DNA of 39,970 nucleotides. Origin: Hyphomicrobiales bacterium (lineage in GTDB: Bacteria > Pseudomonadota > Alphaproteobacteria > Rhizobiales > Aestuariivirgaceae). A program made the position numbers and the translations under genes. The notes beneath the pieces are model-generated. The model saw nothing but the letters and a program-made list of their open reading frames with translations. It was not told the DNA's origin and did not search any database. The stretch spans positions 1 through 39,970 of the forward strand of contig JABDJG010000473.1 of assembly GCA_013002595.1 (NCBI GenBank), in the 5' to 3' direction. Numbering within the stretch: position 1 is the stretch's first letter; each line of letters begins with the position of its first letter. Of this stretch, positions 27,476 through 35,841 are shown piece by piece.

Positions 27476-27942
27476 TGGTTCGAATTGTGGTCAGCGCGAT
27501 CTGGATCTGCCTAGTCACCGCCGGGTCGAGCTATGGAGCCTTGACGATGATGGGGGGCAGCGCCGGGCCAGCGACCGAGGTCGACGAGTTTTTTGGCGGG
27601 CTCGATTATGTCAAAACCCCGATCATCAGCGTGCCGATCGTCTCCGGCGGAGAGATCAAAGGCTACCTAATTGCCCAGTTCGTCTTTACAGCGGATGGCA
27701 AACTACTGCGCAAATTGTCGGTGCCACCTGAGATTTTTCTGACCGATGAAGCCTTCCAGGCGATCTTTGCCGGAGAAGCGCCGAACTTCAAGAACCTCAA
27801 AAAATACGATCTCGCGGGCCTCAAGACGAAAATTGCAGAGAACGTCAACAAGCGATTTGCGGCTGATATTGTTCGTGATGTGCTGATTGAGCAGTTCAAT
27901 TTTGTGCCCAAGGACCAGGTCCGCTACGGTCCCAGCCGGTAA
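27475..27942 (+). CDS. second FliL-family-like membrane protein
   Basis: 155 aa, TGATG overlap. N-terminal TM (IVVSAIWICLVTAGSSYGAL), then a FliL-like domain (PIISVPIVSGGEIKGYLIAQFVFTAD...DVLIEQFNFV). Confidence 0.55.
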   Translation: MVRIVVSAIWICLVTAGSSYGALTMMGGSAGPATEVDEFFGGLDYVKTPIISVPIVSGGEIKGYLIAQFVFTADGKLLRKLSVPPEIFLTDEAFQAIFAGEAPNFKNLKKYDLAGLKTKIAENVNKRFAADIVRDVLIEQFNFVPKDQVRYGPSR

Positions 27943-27956
27943 TGTTTCTGTAGATG

Positions 27957-29246
27957 CTACTCGGCCAGGACTTGCGCGAGCTTCTCAAACGGTGCGGTGT
28001 CTGTCAGGTCGTCGATCCCTTGTGAAAGGTGGGCATAGATCTTCGGCGTCAGCTGGACCGCCTTGTCGAGCTCAGGGTCCGCACCTGGTTGATAGCCGCC
28101 GACGAGACGCAGATCGCGGGTGTCCTCATACCGCGAAATCAGGCCGCGCAAGCTCAAGATCAGCGTGGCTTCTTCTGGAGACCAAACCTGGCCGGACAGC
28201 CGGGATACCGAGGCAAGAACGTCGATCGCCGGATAGCGGCCCTGTTCGGCAATCGCTCGTGACAGGACAATGTGACCATCAAGGGTGCCGCGTATACAAT
28301 CGGCAACGGGTTCATTGTGATCATCGCCATCGACCAGTACCGAATATATCCCGGTAATGGTGCCGCTGCCTTCCCTGCCGGTGCCGGCGCGCTCAAGCAG
28401 GATAGGCAGATCGCTGAACACACTGGGGGCATAGCCCCGGGCCACTGGCGGTTCACCGGCCGCGAGCGCGACTTCGCGCGCGGCATGGGCGAACCGCGTA
28501 ATGGAATCGATGATCAGCAATACAGTTTCTCCGCGATCGCGGAAATATTCGGCTACCGATGTGGCCGTCAATGGTGCCAGCTTGCGCATCATCGGGCTTT
28601 CATCGCCGGATGAGACGACGGCCACCGTGCGGGCGCGGGTCTGCGGTGCGGCGTCTTCGAGAAATTCGCGAACCTCGCGGCCGCGCTCGCCAACCATGCC
28701 GATGACGATGGTGTCGAAACCTTGCGCCTCGGCAAGCATGGCAAGCAACGACGATTTGCCGATACCCGAGCCGGCGAATATGCCGATGCGCTGACCGGCG
28801 CACAGCGGCGTGAACAGGTCGATGGCGTTCAGGCCGGTCCGAACCGGCTGTTTGATGCGCTGACGGTGCATTGCTGGCGGCGGCCGGACTTTCTTCGGGT
28901 CGACTTCTATGCCCCGGGTCACCGGGCGAGGATTGTCGATCGGATGCCCGAGCGAGTTCACCACGCGGCCTTTCCAGCTGATATCGGGCGCAACTGTCAG
29001 CCGGCCAAGATGCCAGGCCGGCGTGCCCAGGCCGACTGCAATATCGTTATGGAACGGTTTGACCAGCACGCCACTTGCATCGACATGCACGACCTCGGCG
29101 AGCATTTCTTCACCGTCCGTTTCGGCGCAAACACAGTCGCCAAGTTTTGCGGTCTGCGACAGGCCGGAAATCTTGCACGATGTCGAAGAGACTTCGCATA
29201 CTCTGCCGCCGACCCTGGTGAGGAACGGTTGGCGAGCGGATATCAC
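27957..29246 (-). CDS. fliI: flagellum-specific ATPase FliI
   Basis: 429 aa. Walker A GIFAGSGIGKSSLL, Walker B VLLIIDSITRFA, and F1/T3SS-ATPase blocks throughout. Confidence 0.95.
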   Translation of the reverse strand: MISARQPFLTRVGGRVCEVSSTSCKISGLSQTAKLGDCVCAETDGEEMLAEVVHVDASGVLVKPFHNDIAVGLGTPAWHLGRLTVAPDISWKGRVVNSLGHPIDNPRPVTRGIEVDPKKVRPPPAMHRQRIKQPVRTGLNAIDLFTPLCAGQRIGIFAGSGIGKSSLLAMLAEAQGFDTIVIGMVGERGREVREFLEDAAPQTRARTVAVVSSGDESPMMRKLAPLTATSVAEYFRDRGETVLLIIDSITRFAHAAREVALAAGEPPVARGYAPSVFSDLPILLERAGTGREGSGTITGIYSVLVDGDDHNEPVADCIRGTLDGHIVLSRAIAEQGRYPAIDVLASVSRLSGQVWSPEEATLILSLRGLISRYEDTRDLRLVGGYQPGADPELDKAVQLTPKIYAHLSQGIDDLTDTAPFEKLAQVLAE

Positions 29247-29968
29247 GAAGATTCACCCAGAGTCCGGATGGCATTCTGGAGCGTGGACTCCGTATCACTG
29301 ATGGCGCTGGCGAGGCTCTCGAATGTGCGTGATACGGCAATCAGGTCGGTCATCTGTTTGACCGGATTGACGTTTGATTGCTCAATGAAGCCCTGGGCGA
29401 CGCCGTTTGCGGTGAAGTCCAATATGGGTTCTGCCGGCAGATTGGGGACAACGCCGGAGTTCTCAAAGCGGGAGAGTTGCGCATTCTGCGGCAAACTGAA
29501 CAATCCGATGGCGCCAACTTGCTGATTGTTTTGGGTTATCATGCCGTCGCGGGCGATTTGCGGCGGTCCGGAACCGGGGTTGAGAACCAGGGGTGCGCCG
29601 CCTGCATCAAGGATCGAGTGGCCGTTGACGGTCTGCAATTCTCCGGTTTCCAGCATCTGCATGCGACCATCGCGGGTGTAGGCAACACCGTTTGGACTCT
29701 GAAATGCCAACCATGCATCGCCTTGAACAGCAACATCAAGCGGGTTGTTGGTGCTGATCAGAGCACCTGAGTTGCGTGAGATGTGCGTCCGGCCGGACGT
29801 TGCGAATGCAGTCGGCTGGCTGGTTTGCTGGGAGATCAGGCTCTCAAAGCTGATTTCGTCGGCACGAAAGCCCACGGTGGAGCTGTTGGCGACATTATTG
29901 GCGATGGAGTCCATGCGCTTGATCAGGGCCAGTTGGGCCGACAGCGCGACGTCCAGATTGACGGGCAC
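29243..29968 (-). CDS. flgF: flagellar proximal rod protein FlgF
   Basis: 241 aa; 4-nt overlap with the fliI start. N-terminus LSAQLALIKRMDSIANNVANSSTVGFRAD and C-terminus FIEQSNVNPVKQMTDLIAVSRTFESLASAI. Confidence 0.9.
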   Translation of the reverse strand: MPVNLDVALSAQLALIKRMDSIANNVANSSTVGFRADEISFESLISQQTSQPTAFATSGRTHISRNSGALISTNNPLDVAVQGDAWLAFQSPNGVAYTRDGRMQMLETGELQTVNGHSILDAGGAPLVLNPGSGPPQIARDGMITQNNQQVGAIGLFSLPQNAQLSRFENSGVVPNLPAEPILDFTANGVAQGFIEQSNVNPVKQMTDLIAVSRTFESLASAISDTESTLQNAIRTLGESS

Positions 29969-29970
29969 GT

Positions 29971-30765
29971 CTAGCGTCCTCCACGGAAGATGTTCTGCAG
30001 GTTGAGCAGCAGATCAGGGCCAATACCGTAAACGGCCGGACGCGAGGCAAGCACGTTCGGCACAGTCGGTGCTTCGCTCGGCCGCTCCAGTTCCCAAAGC
30101 GTGGTGAAGCGGTCAATGAAACGGGCAAGCTTGTCTGGATCCTGGAGGTCTTCGACATCAAGCCGCCTGTCGATCATTTCAATCTGCTTGTCGAGATCGA
30201 GCATCGACATGGTTGCCGGCAAGCCGAGTGCGGTTTGAGCAACCTGCAACATGGCCCGGTCGCCAAGAATATCCAGCGCGCTTTCGACTGAGCCGGCCTT
30301 GCGTTCGAAATAAAGTGCCAGCCGTACGCCCTGATTGTCTTCGCCAGCCGAAACTTCGAGCGTCTGACGAATGTACCGGTCTACGGTGCCCGACTGGGTG
30401 CGATCGAATGCGGTCGTTGTTTCCCCGTAGCGCACGAAATTAAAGGTCTCGGCGAACTCCTTGAAACGCGGGTCGCTCAGCGTGTTGGCAAAGCTGCGCG
30501 GTTCGTCTGTACCCTCGGTCAGCACCTTTCGCATGAAGGCCTTGGCATAGATCATGTCATCGAGGTTGAAGGCACGCATTGCTGTCGCATAAAGACGGTC
30601 ATCGCCCAGAAAATCGTCGATCGATTTCACAGACCGGATGTTCTGCTCATAGTACTCGACCTCTCGGGCAACGAACGGCTCTGCGGCAACCGACTCCAGC
30701 GAACGCTGCAGATTGCGGGTTAAGAACTGATAGCTTGCGGTGGTTGAAAGCACGTTTTGCTCCAT
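29971..30765 (-). CDS. DUF1217-like alphaproteobacterial flagellar protein
   Basis: 264 aa, ending 2 nt upstream of flgF. The block VKSIDDFLGDDRLYATAMRAFNLDDMIYAKAFMRKVL resembles the DUF1217 (FlaY/FlaE-like) family. Position between motA and flgF. Recognised by eye only. Confidence 0.55.
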   Translation of the reverse strand: MEQNVLSTTASYQFLTRNLQRSLESVAAEPFVAREVEYYEQNIRSVKSIDDFLGDDRLYATAMRAFNLDDMIYAKAFMRKVLTEGTDEPRSFANTLSDPRFKEFAETFNFVRYGETTTAFDRTQSGTVDRYIRQTLEVSAGEDNQGVRLALYFERKAGSVESALDILGDRAMLQVAQTALGLPATMSMLDLDKQIEMIDRRLDVEDLQDPDKLARFIDRFTTLWELERPSEAPTVPNVLASRPAVYGIGPDLLLNLQNIFRGGR

Positions 30766-30928
30766 CGAGACATGTCACGAGCCTCCAGTATGCACAGGCA
30801 AGCTTTCGTCAGGCTGGTTTAATGACGCGCTGCATAAGTGGCGGCGCTGATCAGGTTCGCGCAAGTCTGGAGGCCTAATTCTGACACCGACAAAAAAACT
30901 TCATCAGCGTTTCGCAAGGGATCGGTTT

Positions 30929-31792
30929 GTGAACATTATTCTCGGCCTGATTGTAACTTTTGGCTGTCTGTTTGGCGGCTTCATGGCGATGGGCGGGCAC
31001 CTCGGTGTCATCTGGCAACCATGGGAATTCGTGATTATCGGCGGATCAGCGGTCGGGATCTTTTTGATCGCCAATCCGATGAAGGTGGTGAAGGATGCCG
31101 GCAAGGCGTGTGTGGAGGCCTTCAAGGAATCCGTGCCGAAGCCGCAGGATTATCTTGATGTTCTAGGGGTGCTTTATTCGCTCATGCGGGTCTTGCGCGG
31201 CAAGTCGACGAATGAGGCTGAAGGCCATATTGACGATCCGGAAAATTCCTCGATATTTCAAGCAGCTCCAAAGGTTCTTGCCAACGAAGCGTTAACGAGT
31301 TTCATCTGCGACTACTGCCGCCTGATCATCATGGGCAATGCGCGCCCGCACGAGATCGAGGCGTTGATGGATGAAGAGATCCATACGCTGGCGCACGACA
31401 AATTGAAGGCGCAGGGCGCGATGCAGAACATGGCTGACGGTCTCCCGGCGCTCGGGATTGTCGCCGCGGTGCTTGGCGTGATCAAGGCCATGGGCGCACT
31501 CGATCAGTCGCCAGAAATTCTCGGCAAGCTTATCGGTGCTGCCTTGGTGGGAACATTTGCCGGCATCTTCATGGCCTACGGCATGGTCGGCCCTGTTGCA
31601 TCAAAGATCAAGATCGTGCGCGAAAAACAGATGCGGCCATACATTGTCATCAAACAGACGCTGCTCGCCTTCATGAACGGTGCCATGCCGCAGATTGCAT
31701 TGGAGCATGGCCGAAAAACCATCTCGGCATACGAGCGGCCGTCAATCGATGAAGTTGAAGAAGCAACCGTGACGGCCGGACAGACAGCTTAG
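30929..31792 (+). CDS. motA: flagellar stator protein MotA
   Basis: 287 aa, GTG start. Four-TM MotA/ExbB pattern with [19 protein letters not shown]...[16 protein letters not shown]. Confidence 0.95.
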   Translation: MNIILGLIVTFGCLFGGFMAMGGHLGVIWQPWEFVIIGGSAVGIFLIANPMKVVKDAGKACVEAFKESVPKPQDYLDVLGVLYSLMRVLRGKSTNEAEGHIDDPENSSIFQAAPKVLANEALTSFICDYCRLIIMGNARPHEIEALMDEEIHTLAHDKLKAQGAMQNMADGLPALGIVAAVLGVIKAMGALDQSPEILGKLIGAALVGTFAGIFMAYGMVGPVASKIKIVREKQMRPYIVIKQTLLAFMNGAMPQIALEHGRKTISAYERPSIDEVEEATVTAGQTA

Positions 31793-31831
31793 CAAACGAG
31801 TTGAACCGACAACAGCAGGTCTTCACCGACA

Positions 31832-32773
31832 ATGGAATCTGAAGTCGCTCATAAAGATGCAACCGATCAACTGCTGCGGCCGGCCGGCTTCAAGCTCGAC
31901 GACTGGCCGGCATTCAGCGCGGCGATTGAGCAGGCTGCCGAATTGTTCGGACGTATGCTGGGTAAATTGGTGACGGGTGAATTGACGATTGAGGTCGCAG
32001 AGGTCGTGGCCGGACCGGCCGGCAATCTGATCGATCAGGACCAGGCATACGTGACAAACGTTGTGCATGCACCAGGATGGGATGCCAAACTGCTCGTTGG
32101 CACGTCGAGAAACTCGGCCTTGCGCGTTGTCGAGATGTTTTTCGGAGGCAGCGGACCGGCTGACGGTCTTGCCGTTGACCGCGATTGCAGCAGAATTGAG
32201 TTGGCAGCTGTCGGGTTGATGTTCCGGTATCTGGCCGCGGTGCTGCAATCCAGTTTTGCGCCGATCGCCGATCCTGAAATGGAGCCGGGTACGTGTGTGG
32301 ACGAGGTGATACTTGATGACCTCGGCGGCCCGGAAGAGCCGATCGTCATAGTGCGGTTGGCGTGCGTGCTCATGGAGCAAAACATCGAGGTGTTCATCGC
32401 TGTCGCGCAGCGAACGCTGTCGGCTGTCGGCGACCCATTGCGAATGGTTGTCGAAGATGCGGCTGAAGCAAGCGATCCAAAGTGGTCGGAGCATTTTGAT
32501 CGCCAGTTCCGGCGTGCCGATGTGGACTTGACGGCAGTCATGGATGGCGGTGCCTTGACGCTGGATGAAGTGTCACGTCTGCGCGCCGGGCAAGTGCTTG
32601 AACTGGAGGCAACGGTCGACAGCTTGATCAAGGTCGATTGTAACGGTCATCCGATGCTGTGGTGCCGTCTTGGACAGGCCGATGGCTCGTTCATGCTCAA
32701 GGTCGAACAGTTCTTTGATGCCGAACAGGATCTGATGGAAGAATTGCTAACCGCCACCGCGGTCAAAAATTAG
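31832..32773 (+). CDS. fliM: flagellar motor switch protein FliM
   Basis: 313 aa. C-terminal SpoA/FliN-like domain (LTLDEVSRLRAGQVLELEATVDSLIKVDCNGHPMLWCRLGQADGSFMLKV). Follows the motA-fliM-fliN-fliG order. Confidence 0.85.
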   Translation: MESEVAHKDATDQLLRPAGFKLDDWPAFSAAIEQAAELFGRMLGKLVTGELTIEVAEVVAGPAGNLIDQDQAYVTNVVHAPGWDAKLLVGTSRNSALRVVEMFFGGSGPADGLAVDRDCSRIELAAVGLMFRYLAAVLQSSFAPIADPEMEPGTCVDEVILDDLGGPEEPIVIVRLACVLMEQNIEVFIAVAQRTLSAVGDPLRMVVEDAAEASDPKWSEHFDRQFRRADVDLTAVMDGGALTLDEVSRLRAGQVLELEATVDSLIKVDCNGHPMLWCRLGQADGSFMLKVEQFFDAEQDLMEELLTATAVKN

Positions 32774-32789
32774 GTTGGAGTAGTAAAGC

Positions 32790-33173
32790 ATGCAGGAGAC
32801 GCAACCCGAAATCGAAGTCATGCAGGTGGCCGAAGATACAGCCGATGGCACCGATGCGCCGCAATCCGGTCAACCGGCGTCCTCGCCGGGCCAGAATTTG
32901 GACATCGTCATGCAGATCCCCGTTTCAGTTGATGTGAGGCTGGGGTCAACGAATATGCCCGTCTCGCGGCTGATGAAACTTGGGCGAGGGTCGGTCGTGG
33001 CGCTTGATCGCAAGGTGGGCGAACCGATTGATGTTGTGGTGAACGGGCGGGTCATCGCGCGTGGTGAAGTCGTCTTGCTGGAAGACGGCAGTTCCCGATT
33101 TGGTATTTCATTGACGGAGATTGTCAACGCCGGGCCTTCACAGAAGTCATCCAATGACGATGGAACGCAATGA
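32790..33173 (+). CDS. fliN: flagellar motor switch protein FliN
   Basis: 127 aa. The block IPVSVDVRLGSTNMPVSRLMKLGRGSVVALDRKVGEPIDVVVNGRVIARGEVVLLED is the FliN/SpoA signature. Confidence 0.9.
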   Translation: MQETQPEIEVMQVAEDTADGTDAPQSGQPASSPGQNLDIVMQIPVSVDVRLGSTNMPVSRLMKLGRGSVVALDRKVGEPIDVVVNGRVIARGEVVLLEDGSSRFGISLTEIVNAGPSQKSSNDDGTQ

Positions 33174-34198
33174 GCGCAGAAACTGCGGTCAACAGCAAGG
33201 TTTATTCAAGGCCGCTGAAGGGGTCTGAGAAAGTAGCTATTCTTCTGCTTGCTCTGGATCGCTCGTTGGCCAGCCAGTTGCTTCACCATTTCGAACCGGA
33301 TGAAATCACTACAATTCGTTCTGCGGCTGACAGCCTGGAACCGATTACTGCTTCTGATCTGGAATCGATTGTCGAGGAGTTCGCGAAGCAGTTCTCTTCT
33401 GGTTTGGGTTTTGTTGGAAAGCCCGGCGAGCTTCACAGTTTGCTGGAGACGGCGTTAGGTTCACCAGAGGAAACTGAAATACCCGAAGGAGATGATCCAG
33501 AACAGGCCGTCGAGTCAACGTCAGTGTGGGTGCAACTGGCCGAGATATCGATCGAAGAAGTTCTGCTGCCGTTCCTGCTGGAACAACACCCACAGACGGT
33601 AACGATTATTTTGTCGAATATGACGTCGGAAGTTTCAGCCAAGATCGTCGCGCAGTTGCCTGACAACCTTAGCGCCGAGATCATGCGCCGTATGTTGAGC
33701 CTCAAACAGGTGCACGAAGATGTCCTGTCGTTGATAGAAGATACGTTGCGGGAGGAGCTGCTGGCCGAGGAGGAGGAAGGCGCGGCAAATGCCGGCCATT
33801 CGCGTATCGCCAACATGATCAACCGGATGGATGGCGATCAACGCCAGCAGATCATCGACAATATTACAGCTGCGGCGCCGGAAGAGGCAGAAGCCATCAA
33901 GAAACTGCTGTTCTCGTTCGAGGACATCGAGGAATTGTCCGAGGAGGCCTGTCAGATACTTTTTGGCACGGTCCCGACCGAGGTGACTGTCATGGCGTTG
34001 CATGAAACAGAAAGTGGTTTGCGAGAAAAAATCCTCTCATCGCTGTCCGCAAGATCGCGGCGGATGGTCGAAGCTGAACTGAACGGTGCATCGGATATCG
34101 CGACGGAAGATATCAAGGAAGCCCGTCTCAAGGTTTCAGGCACAGCCCTCAGCCTGATCGAAAGCGAACAGATCCAGATCGAAGAAGAAGGCGATTGA
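33170..34198 (+). CDS. fliG: flagellar motor switch protein FliG
   Basis: 342 aa, ATGA overlap with fliN. FliG blocks GSEKVAILLLALD, LLFSFEDIEELSEEACQILF and SARSRRMVEAEL. Confidence 0.9.
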   Translation: MSAETAVNSKVYSRPLKGSEKVAILLLALDRSLASQLLHHFEPDEITTIRSAADSLEPITASDLESIVEEFAKQFSSGLGFVGKPGELHSLLETALGSPEETEIPEGDDPEQAVESTSVWVQLAEISIEEVLLPFLLEQHPQTVTIILSNMTSEVSAKIVAQLPDNLSAEIMRRMLSLKQVHEDVLSLIEDTLREELLAEEEEGAANAGHSRIANMINRMDGDQRQQIIDNITAAAPEEAEAIKKLLFSFEDIEELSEEACQILFGTVPTEVTVMALHETESGLREKILSSLSARSRRMVEAELNGASDIATEDIKEARLKVSGTALSLIESEQIQIEEEGD

Positions 34199-34234
34199 GG
34201 CAATTTCCGCCAACAGGACAATTGAACGACATTC

Positions 34235-35329
34235 ATGTCTGATCAACCTGACGACGACAGTAAAACCGAAGAAGCAACCTCCAAGAAGATCCAGGACGCG
34301 GTCGACAAGGGCAATTTGCCGTTCGCCAAGGAGGCGCCGGTATTCACTTCCATGGTGGGCATGTTGATGGTCATGATATTTGTCATCGTGGACGGTGCCC
34401 GGCGGTTGTCCTCGGTGTTTGCAAGACTGATCGAGAACCCCGGCTTATGGTCGTTTTCGGCCGGCGAAGACACCGTCATCCTGCTGTATTCACTCATCGG
34501 CGAGGTCGGCAGGCTGCTGATGCCTGTTATCGGTATTCTGCTGATTGCCGGGCTGGCCGGCTCGCTGTTTCAGAATACGCCGAGCATTGTCGTTGAGCGG
34601 ATACGACCGAAATGGTCGAAGCTGTCGATCCGTGAAGGCTGGAAGCGCATTTTCGGATCGCAAGGGCGCATTGAGTTTCTCAAATCGGTGTTCAAGTTCT
34701 CCCTGGTTGCAATAGTGGCTGCTGTCCTGCTGCGCACCGCCAAGGGGGACGTGATCACGGCGATGTTTGTAGATCCATTCCAGGTTCCGGCAATGATTCT
34801 CACATTGTCGATGAAGCTGCTCGGCGCTATTTGCGCGGCCACGCTGTTGCTAGCGGCGGCCGATGTTGTGTGGTCACGGCGTCTGTGGCGCGAAAAACTG
34901 AAGATGACCAAGCAGGAAGTCAAGGACGAGCACAAGCAGACGGATGGCGATCCGATCGTCAAGGCGCGTCTGCGCTCGATAGCCTGGGATCGCCAGCGCA
35001 GGCGGATGATGTCATCTGTTCCGCAGGCGACCCTGGTGATTGCGAACCCAACCCATTATGCCATAGCGCTGAGATATGTACCTGAAGAGGCCGGCGCGCC
35101 TCTGGTCCTGGCCAAAGGCAAGGACCTGATCGCCCTGAAAATTCGTGAGGTGGCCGCCGAGCACAACGTACCGGTGATCGAAGACAAGCCTCTGGCAAGG
35201 TCGATGTTCGATGTTGTCGAGGTCGACCAGATGATTCCCGCTGAGTTTTATCAGGCCGTTGCAGAAATAATTTTCTATCTCAATGAACAGGCTGCGAGGC
35301 GATTGCCGGCAGTGACAAGATATGGGTGA
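34235..35329 (+). CDS. flhB: flagellar export switch protein FlhB
   Basis: 364 aa. N-terminus DDSKTEEATSKKIQDAVDKGNLPFAKE, the block KMTKQEVKDEHKQTDGDPIVKARLRS, and the NPTH autocleavage site (VIANPTHYAIAL). Confidence 0.95.
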   Translation: MSDQPDDDSKTEEATSKKIQDAVDKGNLPFAKEAPVFTSMVGMLMVMIFVIVDGARRLSSVFARLIENPGLWSFSAGEDTVILLYSLIGEVGRLLMPVIGILLIAGLAGSLFQNTPSIVVERIRPKWSKLSIREGWKRIFGSQGRIEFLKSVFKFSLVAIVAAVLLRTAKGDVITAMFVDPFQVPAMILTLSMKLLGAICAATLLLAAADVVWSRRLWREKLKMTKQEVKDEHKQTDGDPIVKARLRSIAWDRQRRRMMSSVPQATLVIANPTHYAIALRYVPEEAGAPLVLAKGKDLIALKIREVAAEHNVPVIEDKPLARSMFDVVEVDQMIPAEFYQAVAEIIFYLNEQAARRLPAVTRYG

Positions 35330-35810
35330 GCTAATGCAAAGAGAAGCCGGTAGACACATGCAAGATTGCGAACAACTGCTCGCCCGGGCCCTGGTGGGCT
35401 TTGCGGCCGAATTGAGAATTATCGACGTTGTCCATTTGATCGCGGACATCCACCTGGAACGTCATGGCCATCTGGAAGACATGATCAACTCGGCAGCGGA
35501 ATTGTTCTTCAAATCCGGCACCCTCAAATTCTCCAAGGCCGGCCACGTGGAAATCAATTGGGGGAGTGCAGCGGCTGTCACGGTCTGCATGCAATTTTGT
35601 CATGAGCAGGTCGTTGCGCATTTTGATCTGCTGATTGAATCCGACGGGGCAGGGGTGCAGCTAAAACTGCTGGATACAAATACAGCAGGTGGCGAAAATG
35701 TGTGCCGCACCACACAACTCGCCGAGGCCCTGGCCGATGCCCAGCTGTTCCTGCCGTTCGAGGTCATATCCCGCTATCAACGAAATGTGCTGCAAGGCGA
35801 ACTTCTTTAA
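35322..35810 (+). CDS. hypothetical protein downstream of flhB
   Basis: 162-aa ORF overlapping the flhB end by 8 nt; ATG 35334 alternative. No family recognised. Coding status inferred only from length and operon position. Confidence 0.4.
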   Translation: MGELMQREAGRHMQDCEQLLARALVGFAAELRIIDVVHLIADIHLERHGHLEDMINSAAELFFKSGTLKFSKAGHVEINWGSAAAVTVCMQFCHEQVVAHFDLLIESDGAGVQLKLLDTNTAGGENVCRTTQLAEALADAQLFLPFEVISRYQRNVLQGELL

Positions 35811-35841
35811 ATCGACTTCAAGTTGCGGGGCGCGGCATGCT

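Noticed and set aside
31823-32494. Numerous 60-220-aa antisense ORFs inside flagellar genes (for example 31823-32494, 3823-4368, 5576-6157, 20077-20733, 20879-21502, 24440-24970)
   Set aside because: Each is fully contained within a gene that has a strong family signature on the other strand. Their translations are Arg/Pro/Cys/His-rich low-information sequence.
35811-35841. Bidirectional terminator between the convergent flagellar and YcaO units
   Set aside because: Only a weak 6-bp CTTCAA/TTGAAG pairing with a long loop is present, and there are no flanking T/A runs.
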